Assembly (NCBI GenBank): GCA_031362565.1
Contig: JANLSU010000108.1
Coordinates: 1 to 32,250 of the forward strand
Direction: 5' to 3'
DNA length: 32,250 nt
Origin: a bacterium
GTDB lineage: Bacteria; Krumholzibacteriota; Krumholzibacteriia; G020349025
Shown: in pieces, positions 18,201-26,980 of the stretch
How positions within the stretch are numbered: the stretch's first letter is position 1
How the letters are laid out: each line of letters starts with the position of its first letter
Position numbers and translations under genes: made by a program
Notes under the pieces: generated by a model
What the model saw: only the letters and a program-made list of their open reading frames with translations
What the model was told of the DNA's origin: nothing
Databases searched by the model: none

Positions 18201-19211
18201 GTGTTGCAAGGCGCCATCATCGGCTGCGGGAACATCGCGCTTCGGGGCCACCTGCCGGCGTTCCGCTGCGACGCAGATCTTGCGGCACGGGCGCGAATCG
18301 TCGCCGTGGTCGACATGGCGGCGCCCGGCCCGGAACACGCCGACCTGCTGCAAGGCGCCCGTTTCTACCGGGATTTGGCCGCGTGTCGGCGCGCTGAGCA
18401 GCTCGACTTCGTCGACATTTGCGCGCCGCCCAACACGCATGCCGAAGCGATTTGCGCCGGTGCGGCAGCGGGGCTGCACGTGTTGTGCGAGAAGCCGCTC
18501 GCCGAACGCAACGCTGCGACGGCACCCATCGGGCGTGCGGTGCGCGATGCCGGCATCGTGTTCGTGCCGTGCCATCAATACAAGTATGCGCCGCTTTGGA
18601 GTGCGATCGAGCGCTGTATCGTGGGCGGCGAACTGGGGCGCGTGACGGTAGCGCGTTTCGAAGTGCTGCGCACTCAAGCCGACCCGGGGACTGCGAAATG
18701 GAATCCGGCGTGGCGGACGTCGAAGGAATTGGGCGGCGGCGGCATCCTCACCGATACCGGCGCGCACTATTTCTATTTGGCGCGCTGGATGTTCGGCATG
18801 CCGCGCCAGGTGACGGCGGTGCTGCGGACGCTCAAGCATGCGGCGTATGGCGTCGAAGACACGGCGGCCGTGACGCTGGAGTATGAGAATTGCATCGTGC
18901 AGCTGGGGCTGACTTGGGCGGCGAACGGGCGCGGGAATTCGGCGTCCGTGGCCGGCACCGAGGGTTCACTCGAGTACGACGGCACGCATCTCGTGCTCGC
19001 GAACGCGGCGGGCAGCCGCGAGATCCCGATTGGCGACGTGTCGGACAAGTCGCAGTACGTGGCGTGGTATGCGGCACTCGGCCGCGAGTTTGTGCGGCGC
19101 GTCGAAGCGCGTGATGTGAAGTACGACTTGCTCGAGGAAGCCGAGGCCGTCATGCGGCTTCTGGAAGTGACCTACCAAGCCGGGGCGGAGCATCGCACGC
19201 TCGACGTTTAG
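18201..19211 (+). CDS. Gfo/Idh/MocA-family NAD(P)-dependent oxidoreductase
   Basis: AIIGCGNIA, HVLCEKPLA, GGGILTDTGAH, VEDTA; AAAGGAG RBS before GTG at 18201. Confidence 0.9.
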   Translation: MLQGAIIGCGNIALRGHLPAFRCDADLAARARIVAVVDMAAPGPEHADLLQGARFYRDLAACRRAEQLDFVDICAPPNTHAEAICAGAAAGLHVLCEKPLAERNAATAPIGRAVRDAGIVFVPCHQYKYAPLWSAIERCIVGGELGRVTVARFEVLRTQADPGTAKWNPAWRTSKELGGGGILTDTGAHYFYLARWMFGMPRQVTAVLRTLKHAAYGVEDTAAVTLEYENCIVQLGLTWAANGRGNSASVAGTEGSLEYDGTHLVLANAAGSREIPIGDVSDKSQYVAWYAALGREFVRRVEARDVKYDLLEEAEAVMRLLEVTYQAGAEHRTLDV

Positions 19212-20005
19212 CGGCCCGCGCGCCGTTGCGCCAGGACCCACTTCCAGAGATTTTCATCACCGTAGGCTTGATCCCACGAACCGTGGCCGACGCCGGGGTA
19301 TTCGGTGTAATGCGGTTCGCCGCCGACGGCTTTCAGGGCCGCGGCCATGCGTTGTGATTCGGTCACCGGAATGATCGGATCATCGGCGCCATGGAAGATC
19401 CAGGCCGGAATCTTGGCGATACGTTGCGCGACATGCGTGTACGGGTCGGCCTGGCCGATGGCTTCGGGTGCGAGATGCACCGAAGTCGTATGCACCGACG
19501 GAACGATGCCGCCACACACTGGCACGATGGCGGCAAAACGTTCCGGCGCGATAAACGCCAGGTGCCAGACTCCGTAGCCGCCCATCGACAGGCCGGTGAG
19601 TGTCACCCGGTCGGGGTCGATCGAGAACTCGCTCTCGGCTGCATCCAACGCTGCAAGTGCAGCCGTGGCCGGTTCGCCAAGCCAAGAGCTATCGGCGGGC
19701 GCCTGCGGGAAGACGACGATGCACGGGAAGCGCTCCGGCGTCCAGCGAATGGCGCTCGCGAGCCCGACCTGCGTTTGGCGAAAACCGTCGCTACCCCGTT
19801 CACCGGCACCATGCAATGCCAAGAGCGCCGGCCAACGCACTCCCGCCGTATAGCTCGCCGGCACGAAAATCTGATAGCGATACGCATTGCCGCCGACGAC
19901 AACGCTGCGATTCAAAAATCCGGTTTCTTGCACGGCGCGCGCTCCCGTCGGCCAAGCGATCGACGCGAGGCAAGCCAACGCTAGCATGATTCGGATGAGT
20001 CGCAT
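19208..20005 (-). CDS. Secreted alpha/beta-hydrolase (phospholipase/carboxylesterase, predicted-peptidase COG4099-like)
   Basis: Signal peptide; LHGAGERGSDG; nucleophile GLSMGG; WIFHGADD; YTEYPGVGHGSW. Confidence 0.88.
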   Translation of the reverse strand: MRLIRIMLALACLASIAWPTGARAVQETGFLNRSVVVGGNAYRYQIFVPASYTAGVRWPALLALHGAGERGSDGFRQTQVGLASAIRWTPERFPCIVVFPQAPADSSWLGEPATAALAALDAAESEFSIDPDRVTLTGLSMGGYGVWHLAFIAPERFAAIVPVCGGIVPSVHTTSVHLAPEAIGQADPYTHVAQRIAKIPAWIFHGADDPIIPVTESQRMAAALKAVGGEPHYTEYPGVGHGSWDQAYGDENLWKWVLAQRRAGR

Positions 20006-20027
20006 GCGCGCCTCCGAAGGGGGGGTG

Positions 20028-20063
20028 AAACAACACCGCCCCCGGGAAAACCCGAGGGCGGTG
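20028..20063 (-). terminator. Intrinsic terminator downstream of the 20087-20884 gene
   Basis: On the minus strand: CACCGCCCTCGGG-TTTT-CCCGGGGGCGGTG (13-bp stem with one G-U pair) followed by TTGTTT. Confidence 0.75.
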
Positions 20064-20086
20064 CCGGAAATAGACTCGAACCGGAG

Positions 20087-20884
20087 TTACCGATACAAGC
20101 CCTTGACGGCCGTCCAGTTGGTCGCTTCGACGCCAACCGTTCCAGCTTCGAACCCGATGTTCTTCCACTCCGCGCGCGAGTTCGTTCCGGGCGGCGACGC
20201 GAAGACGAAGAACTGATGATGCCCACCGACCCACGACGGCTGCAGGATGCCCCACTGGCCGTGCGGCGGATCTTCGGCTGCATTGCCCTGGTCACATGTC
20301 AGCACGCCGCTCGTGTACGAATTCGAAAGATACACGAGGTTGTACTGGATGGTACCCGGGCTGGCCAACGACAAACCATTCGGATGGTAGATGACTTCCA
20401 GATGGATCGTGTTGCCCTTGGCGTAGTTCAAACCAAAAGCCCCCGTGAACGAGAAGAACGGCAGACGGCCGCCGAAGCAGGCAATCTCGCCATCCGTCGA
20501 GCGCACGTTGAAGCGGCCGTCGACGTACTGCGACCACCAGGGGTTGATGCTGAGTCCGGCTTCGCCCTCGCCCGTTCCCGTAATGAGCAAGTCGGCCGAG
20601 AACTTGAAGTCGTCGCCGTTCTGGAAGACCGCATCGGTCGCGCCACCGTCGGCCGAGAACTTCCAGCCGTGCAGATTGGCGCCGCCGACGCAAGCGGTGT
20701 TGGCGTCATCGGTGACGATGCTCGCCGGGTAGGTGTTCACCGTGGTCAAAATCGACCCGGGACAGTCGTTGAAGACGCGCGTTTGGACCGTCGCGCCGTT
20801 TACAGCGGGTGCCGTTGCATAGGCACTGGCCGCGAGGGCCAGTACTGCAGCGACCGCAGTCGAGGTGATAAGGATCCGCCTCAT
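20087..20884 (-). CDS. Secreted beta-rich hypothetical protein with a short conserved C-terminal tag
   Basis: AGGAGG RBS; signal peptide ending AYA; Gly/Asn/aromatic-rich body; ends VGVEATNWTAVKGLYR. Confidence 0.85.
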   Translation of the reverse strand: MRRILITSTAVAAVLALAASAYATAPAVNGATVQTRVFNDCPGSILTTVNTYPASIVTDDANTACVGGANLHGWKFSADGGATDAVFQNGDDFKFSADLLITGTGEGEAGLSINPWWSQYVDGRFNVRSTDGEIACFGGRLPFFSFTGAFGLNYAKGNTIHLEVIYHPNGLSLASPGTIQYNLVYLSNSYTSGVLTCDQGNAAEDPPHGQWGILQPSWVGGHHQFFVFASPPGTNSRAEWKNIGFEAGTVGVEATNWTAVKGLYR

Positions 20885-20924
20885 GGTGTTTCTTCCTCCT
20901 AGGATGATTCGTTTTCGGACGGAC

Positions 20925-20939
20925 CTGGAATTATTCCAG
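20925..20939. promoter_or_regulatory. Palindrome CTGGAAT-T-ATTCCAG, possible operator
   Basis: Perfect 7-bp arms about 40 nt upstream of the start codon at 20884, inside the 159-bp intergenic gap. Confidence 0.35.
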
Positions 20940-21043
20940 TTTCTTACGGACATTGGAACCACTTCGCAAACCAGAAACGTACTGCTCTGACATTGTCGAC
21001 TCGTTGCCATCGCATCACCACTCTTTCGAGTGTTCGGGTTGTT

Positions 21044-22624
21044 TCACTTCACTACGGTGAACTGCCGTTTCGAACTCTTGCCATCGACCTGCATCTCGTA
21101 GAAGTACACGCCACTGCGGAGATGCGAGGTGTTGAACGGCACGACGTGCGTGCCGGGTGCCTGGGTACCGTCGAGCACCGTCTGCAAGCGACGCCCCGCG
21201 GCGTCGTAAACCGAGAGCACGACGCGGGTCTGGCGTGCGAGCCGGAAGGGAATCCAACCGCCAGCCTGCAACGGATTCGGGTAGCTTTGTTCGAGAACCG
21301 CCGGACCCAGTTGCTCGGTGCTGGGTTCGACGCCGACGGTCGTCGCCGGCACGAAGCCGGCGCGCGTCAATCCTAGTTGAATATCGGCGTTCTGCATGAA
21401 ACGGTTCCACACCGACTGGTTCCGGAAGTTCTCGATCATGATAATAATCGGACCTTGGTCGATGCCGAGGTAGTCGGTACCGACCCAATTAACCGTCGGA
21501 TTGAACGCGTCTTTGAATCCGTACGTGGACCAGGTCGTGCCGCCGTACACGTTGTAGAGATTCTGCAGCGCCGAGATACAGACGGCCGGCGAAAACGCGA
21601 TCGAACCGCCGATGGCGCTCGGCGTAATCGTGCCGTCGTCGTTCTGCGCCGGCGGGGCGCCGCGCGCGTTGTATCCGGTCGGCACGTCGGACGCCGTGAT
21701 GCCCCAAGTATCGGCGCCATAGCCGACGCGGTTCGCAGGGTTCGCGATGCAGTACGCGCGCTGCGCCAGCGTTGCGCGCCGCGAATTCTCCCAATACGTA
21801 ATGCCGTGCGCCGTCATATACGGGTCTTTGATATACCGGAAATCGACCCAGCAATGCGAATACTGGTGCCCGAAGAGCGGCGGGAAGTTCACATAGCTGT
21901 AGCCGTACCAAGTTTGCCAGGAATAGCCGTTGGTCCACGTCGTCCAGTTGTTGGCCGGAATCGCATGCGTCGGCGAGCCGAGCGCCATGATGTAAAGAAT
22001 CATCGCCTCGTTGTAGCCGACCCAGCGCCCAAAGTTCAAAAAGCCATTGCCCCCCGGCTTCCAGCCCATATACAGGCCGGCGCCAAAGTTGCGCATGAAT
22101 TCCCAGTCAGCCCGTTGGTAAATCTGATCGCAGAGCGTCCGCACTTGCACGTCGACCGGGTCGGAAGTCGAGAAGTACTGTTTCACATCGATGACGCCCG
22201 CGAAAAGCAGCGCCGTATCGATCGTCGACAGTTCGCAATCCCAAGTCCGGGTCGCCGTCGTCATGTCGAGGAAGTGATAATAGAGGCCCTTGAAGCCGAT
22301 GGCGCCGGCCGTCGCGCCGTTTTGCGTGCCGTTCCATAGCGTCTGCAGTGTCGTCAGAACCCGCGCTTCGCCATTGGCGCGCGTCACCCAACCGTGATCG
22401 ATCCCGATGCAAATCGACGTCAGCCCAAAGCCCATCGCCGCGATACTGGCCGGCGATCCGGGCGTACTGCGGTCCTTGATGCAGCCGTTCGCCGGGTTTG
22501 CCTCGTTCCAGAAGTAGTCGAAGGCGCGCTGTTGCAGCGCATCCAGCAACTGGTCGTCCGTGAGAGCCTGCGCGTGCGACGCCCAGAGGACGATGGTGAC
22601 GATGGCTGTAAGTCTGCGAATCAC
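21044..22624 (-). CDS. Glucoamylase-like (PF10091) / GH144 endo-beta-1,2-glucanase-like protein with a T9SS-type C-terminal domain
   Basis: QQRAFDYFW, SIAAMGFGL, GLYYHFLD, ELSTIDTALL, YNEAMILYI, PLFGHQYSH, WGITAS, YLGIDQGP; CTD QSYPNP...VYDAAGR...SGVYFY. Confidence 0.88.
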   Translation of the reverse strand: MIRRLTAIVTIVLWASHAQALTDDQLLDALQQRAFDYFWNEANPANGCIKDRSTPGSPASIAAMGFGLTSICIGIDHGWVTRANGEARVLTTLQTLWNGTQNGATAGAIGFKGLYYHFLDMTTATRTWDCELSTIDTALLFAGVIDVKQYFSTSDPVDVQVRTLCDQIYQRADWEFMRNFGAGLYMGWKPGGNGFLNFGRWVGYNEAMILYIMALGSPTHAIPANNWTTWTNGYSWQTWYGYSYVNFPPLFGHQYSHCWVDFRYIKDPYMTAHGITYWENSRRATLAQRAYCIANPANRVGYGADTWGITASDVPTGYNARGAPPAQNDDGTITPSAIGGSIAFSPAVCISALQNLYNVYGGTTWSTYGFKDAFNPTVNWVGTDYLGIDQGPIIIMIENFRNQSVWNRFMQNADIQLGLTRAGFVPATTVGVEPSTEQLGPAVLEQSYPNPLQAGGWIPFRLARQTRVVLSVYDAAGRRLQTVLDGTQAPGTHVVPFNTSHLRSGVYFYEMQVDGKSSKRQFTVVK

Positions 22625-22634
22625 GTGTATCTCC

Positions 22635-23651
22635 TCATAGTCCCAACACGAACGTCAGGCGTTGCATTTCCGAGAGCGTCGCGTGGTACGCCCACGCATA
22701 GTCCACCGAGAACTGCCGGTCGCCGAACGAGCTACGAAAGCCCACGCCCGCGGTGCCAGCCAGCTCCGAGTCGCGCTGGTAGAGATCCTGGTATCCGGCG
22801 CGGATCGATAAAGCGTCTCTCCAGGTCCATTCCCAGCCTAGGTTGAGATTCTCCGAGTTGTCGCTCGGGTGTTGTGCGTCGATCACGAACAGCAACTTGC
22901 TCGAGGCACTCATTTGGTGCGGGAAGCTCAAGCCGACACGGAATTTGATCGGCACCGGGAAGTTGTCGGTGGTCTGCTGTCCCGGCAGTGAGCCGTTGTC
23001 GCCGTTGCGCGACGGGTCGGCGTCGAACTGAATCGAGAGATCGCGGCCGTTGAACCGGCCATTCGTCCCGAAGTTGGTCAAGCTGGCTCCGAGCTGGATG
23101 CCGCCTTCGGTCAAGCGGTACAGGGTCCCAAATCCGAAGGTCATCGTGCGCATGGAGCTGTGCCAGATGGTTTCCTGAACAAAGTTGGCTTGGACGCCGG
23201 CCGTGAACCGGTGGGTGACATCGCGCGCGTAGGCGACGCTCAATCCTAAGTCGTCGGCCGAGAAGCGCTCGCCGGTGCCCTCCGGGTGCTCGACGGTGCG
23301 CACGTCCATGTCGCCCGAACTCAACGTCGTGACGCTCGCGAAGAATTTGCCGGCATTCGCGGTTGGAATCGCCAAGCTCACATAGTCGACGCGGATATCG
23401 GCCAGCCAGAAACTGTGCGTAAATTGCACGAACGGTTTCTCCAACGCGCCCAGCGCACCCGGGTTGTAGTACACGCCCTGGACAGGGTCGAGTACCGCGA
23501 CGCCGGCATTGCCCATGGCCGCGATACGCGCCCCCGGTTCGATCAGCATGAACTGGCCGACGGTGGTCCCCGTCTTGGTTTGAGCCGACGCAACCCCCGC
23601 CGAAAACGCCAGCAGTACCGGGACGAGCCGCGTCGCGAGGTGTTTTTGCAT
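22635..23651 (-). CDS. PorV/PorQ-family outer-membrane beta-barrel protein
   Basis: KTGTTVGQFMLIEPGARIAAMGNAG, YYNPGALG, HSFWLADI, RAGYQ, VDYAW; ends in an amphipathic strand; AAGGAGG RBS. Confidence 0.88.
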   Translation of the reverse strand: MQKHLATRLVPVLLAFSAGVASAQTKTGTTVGQFMLIEPGARIAAMGNAGVAVLDPVQGVYYNPGALGALEKPFVQFTHSFWLADIRVDYVSLAIPTANAGKFFASVTTLSSGDMDVRTVEHPEGTGERFSADDLGLSVAYARDVTHRFTAGVQANFVQETIWHSSMRTMTFGFGTLYRLTEGGIQLGASLTNFGTNGRFNGRDLSIQFDADPSRNGDNGSLPGQQTTDNFPVPIKFRVGLSFPHQMSASSKLLFVIDAQHPSDNSENLNLGWEWTWRDALSIRAGYQDLYQRDSELAGTAGVGFRSSFGDRQFSVDYAWAYHATLSEMQRLTFVLGL

Positions 23652-23665
23652 GGCCCGTCCCTCCT

Positions 23666-26600
23666 TCACTTCAAGATGGCGAATTTGCCGATGCTGGCGC
23701 CCAGCGCAAATCCATCGACCTGAAAAATATACAAGCCGGGTGCGACGTCGAGGTTGTCCTTGGTGCGCAAGTTCCATGGGATCGCACCACTCGTCGAACC
23801 GTCCTGCCGCAACGTCTGCACGAGTTCACCGCGCACCGTGAAGATGCGCAACGAAGCGTTCAACGGGATGTTCCGGAACTCCATACGGCGTTCGCCGCGT
23901 CCCGAAACTGCGAATCGAGCCGGTTCAAAGCTGGCCGAACCGACATAGGGATTCGGCACGACGTAAGGCTTGGCGGCGAATTGGGCCGCCGCGAGTTCCG
24001 CGTCGACTTTTTCGCCGTGGGCTTCGAACACGAACACATCGTCGGTCCCGAACGGTTGCCGTAGCCGCAATTCGAAAACGTCGCCGCGGCGTGGCGCGAT
24101 GATCGCCTGTCCGGACGCAACGCTGGTCGGGTCGATCTTCAAACGCCAAGTTGCTTTCACCACTCCCGGCTCGGACGGCAGGTACGTGACCAGATCGAAG
24201 TATTCTGTGAGGGTGCTGAGCGTCCCCGTCGAAACCAACGGCGTCGAGTACCGCAGGTCGAGCTGCAAGTCACCGGACGGCGTGTGCGCGAACGCGATGA
24301 ATTTCGTCGGATTGGCGCGGAGCGGGAAATTCGCCAGCGACGTATCCCGCACGACGTCGTCGAACGTGATGGTGACATCCTCGGGGAAGCCCGGCCGCCG
24401 CGCGTTGATCGGCGCGACCGGCAGGTACTCGACGAGCAGGCGGATATTGGTGCCACTCCCGCGCGCGAAGCCGGTACCAGCCGCGTCGATTTCGACGGTC
24501 TTGGCGGTGCGCACGAGCGGCAATAAGCCGCCGCCGACCGCTCCGACGCCTTGGGCATCGAAGTCGGCGCCTGTCCGGAAGAGCAACTTGCTTGTGGTGC
24601 TATCGGTGAGTGTGTAGGCCGCGGCATGCACGCTGTCGGGCGATCCCAAGAATGCCAATTTCATCAAATGGCCGTCGAGAACGAGGCTGGAGTTGACAAC
24701 GCTCACGCCAACGGTACCGATGCCGTCCCCCGCCACGTGGGCCGCCGTCGCGACAGTTGCCGGCACGTAGCCCGCGATCTTTGGTTCCGGCCGCACCGCC
24801 ACGGCGTTCAGCGGCGTAATGAGTCCGCCGCGCAACGTTTGCGACAGCGTGATGGCGTTTTCCGACGGGAAGAAGCCGAACGAGTTGGAGCCGAAATCGT
24901 AGGCGCACACCGCATAATAGTATTGCTGTCCAGCGGTGACCGTCGAATCCACCCAGGTATGCGTGATGCCCGTCTCGTTTCCGAGATCGTACGCCACACC
25001 CTCGACTGTATCCGTCGTGAATCCGAATTTGCCGTCGATCAGGTCGAACTGCGCGATCGGCTTGCCGTTGCCGATCGGGCCCGTGCCGTTGCCGGTCGAG
25101 ATGACTTTGGGGTCGAGGAAGTTGGGATCCGTCGACCGGTAAATGCGATAGCCTTCGAAATCGAGTTCGCCGGTCACCGGGTCGGCACTGTGCTCGGCAA
25201 TGTCATTCCACGACAACCGGACGCGCCCACCGCTCGCGTCGGCCGTCACGGTTGGCAGTTTGGGTGGCACCGCGAACTGGTAGTTGGCGTTGTAGATCTT
25301 CTGAACAGTTTTCACGGTGCGCCGCAGTTCGTTGAGGTCAGCGCCGTACGCGAGGGCCAAGCTGAAGCGTTCGGTCTTCCCGGCACGCAGTTTGAATGGC
25401 CCCGACGCGAAGACGAACGCGATGTTGTAGTTGGCGGCGAGCGCTGCATCGAACCGCACGGTCGAGTCGGGGTCCGTGAATTTTTGATATAAGCGCGCCG
25501 GCCAGTTTTGCGAATCGTTGAAGAACACAATGCCGTCGGCTTCAGGATCCGGATTTCCAAGGCCAGCTTTGATGCGGTTAAACTTGAACCCCGTGAGGCC
25601 GATTTGGTCGGACTCATTCAAATCGGTGCGATCGAAGTTTGCCTCGCCGAGAGTCGGAATGCCGTCGCCCTCGCCGGTGTCGTGGGTATCGGGGACGCCG
25701 TCGGCGCCGAGGTCGTGCAGGTCCGCGACCCAATCCATGTCCTCATCACCGGTCCACCACGTTCCGGCCCGGTACGCCGGCCGGGTCTCGAGCGAACCGT
25801 ACGTCGCCTCGAAGCGCGTCAAACCATAGTGGCTCGTGACGTAGTCGCGAATCTCCGGCTGCCCGACGATCTGCTGGCCGGGACCGCCGTCCCGTTGTTC
25901 GTCGATGATCCCGTCGAGGTCGTTGTCGGCGCTGTCGAACGAGTTGCCCGGGGTTTCGAGGTACGCATAGCCCATGTAGCCGGTCGTACTGCAGTCGCCG
26001 CTCAGGTCGCGGCCGTGCCGGCGATTGTCCCACGTGTAGACTAAGTTTAGCACATCCGTATCGAACGTCCGGTCGAAGTAGGCGTTGTCATCATCCGATT
26101 CGAAGATGCCGTCGCATGAAAGCGTCGAGCCGCCGACACCCGAGTCCATGTACAAGCCGAAAACGATGTTGTCGTCGTAATCCGTCGTGCCTTCGTTCGT
26201 AATGTCGTAGTGCCAGAACACGACGTTACGCGCCTGTGGATTGGCCCACTGGAAACCGCGCACTTCGATACGCAGCCCGAGTCCGCGGCGCGTCGAATCG
26301 CGCGCATCGGGATAGAAATCCCAGGCGTCGTAGTAGTCGTCGTCCATGACCGAATAGCTCTCCTGGTCGGCCGCTGCGCGCTTGCCAAAGTACCCGTTCC
26401 AGGAGCCGCGCCAGCCCGGATCGTCCGTGTCACGGGCTCGGTCTGGCCAGCTGTTCGGCCAGGTGCGGGGATCGTTGCTGATCGCCGGTGAACGGCCGGC
26501 GTTGACCGCCGGGTCGGCTTGAAAGTAGCCCGGCCGCGGCTCGAAACGCATGATGCGATTGAAATAGGGGCTCGTGCCCTGCCGTTCCCGGAAGCCGGTT

Positions 26601-26980
26601 TCCATGATGTAGGCGTCGACGCCGCTCCGCTGCCGCACTTTGGCGAGGACGAAAGGCGTAATGCCGTCGCTGTAGTTCATGCCGCTGCCCTTGGGGGCTT
26701 CGGCGGAATGGAACACACTCAGGTCGACACCGCCCGGATCGGACGGATAGTCGCCCACCATGCCGTAGTTCCAGAACACGGTGCGAATGTTGGCGGCGTC
26801 GTGGGTGCCGGCGCGCTCGGCATCGAGCCGGCCGCGTTGGTCGGCGGGCACTGGAGTCTGCACCTGGGCGTTTGCGCCCAGGGGCACGCTCCCACCGGCG
26901 CACGCCGCGACACACAGAAGCCCGCGTGCCACCTGGTGGCGGATCGCGCTTCGCCTGCGTCCGAGTCCAGCTTGCGTCAT
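23666..26980 (-). CDS. Large (~1100 aa) secreted protein with acidic DxDxDG-type loops, an FN3-like region and a C-terminal T9SS-like domain
   Basis: Signal peptide; HDAANIRTVFWNYG; DNDLDGIIDE; LSWND...FEGYRIYRS...YYYAVCAYD; CTD VVPNPY...FRNIP...IFTVRGELV...WNL...APGLYIFQV; TGATG coupling with the upstream stop. Confidence 0.85.
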   Translation of the reverse strand: MTQAGLGRRRSAIRHQVARGLLCVAACAGGSVPLGANAQVQTPVPADQRGRLDAERAGTHDAANIRTVFWNYGMVGDYPSDPGGVDLSVFHSAEAPKGSGMNYSDGITPFVLAKVRQRSGVDAYIMETGFRERQGTSPYFNRIMRFEPRPGYFQADPAVNAGRSPAISNDPRTWPNSWPDRARDTDDPGWRGSWNGYFGKRAAADQESYSVMDDDYYDAWDFYPDARDSTRRGLGLRIEVRGFQWANPQARNVVFWHYDITNEGTTDYDDNIVFGLYMDSGVGGSTLSCDGIFESDDDNAYFDRTFDTDVLNLVYTWDNRRHGRDLSGDCSTTGYMGYAYLETPGNSFDSADNDLDGIIDEQRDGGPGQQIVGQPEIRDYVTSHYGLTRFEATYGSLETRPAYRAGTWWTGDEDMDWVADLHDLGADGVPDTHDTGEGDGIPTLGEANFDRTDLNESDQIGLTGFKFNRIKAGLGNPDPEADGIVFFNDSQNWPARLYQKFTDPDSTVRFDAALAANYNIAFVFASGPFKLRAGKTERFSLALAYGADLNELRRTVKTVQKIYNANYQFAVPPKLPTVTADASGGRVRLSWNDIAEHSADPVTGELDFEGYRIYRSTDPNFLDPKVISTGNGTGPIGNGKPIAQFDLIDGKFGFTTDTVEGVAYDLGNETGITHTWVDSTVTAGQQYYYAVCAYDFGSNSFGFFPSENAITLSQTLRGGLITPLNAVAVRPEPKIAGYVPATVATAAHVAGDGIGTVGVSVVNSSLVLDGHLMKLAFLGSPDSVHAAAYTLTDSTTSKLLFRTGADFDAQGVGAVGGGLLPLVRTAKTVEIDAAGTGFARGSGTNIRLLVEYLPVAPINARRPGFPEDVTITFDDVVRDTSLANFPLRANPTKFIAFAHTPSGDLQLDLRYSTPLVSTGTLSTLTEYFDLVTYLPSEPGVVKATWRLKIDPTSVASGQAIIAPRRGDVFELRLRQPFGTDDVFVFEAHGEKVDAELAAAQFAAKPYVVPNPYVGSASFEPARFAVSGRGERRMEFRNIPLNASLRIFTVRGELVQTLRQDGSTSGAIPWNLRTKDNLDVAPGLYIFQVDGFALGASIGKFAILK

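Noticed and set aside
13652..19211. Phosphonolipid biosynthesis cluster
   Set aside because: No PEP mutase, phosphonopyruvate decarboxylase or cytidylyltransferase is present in the window.
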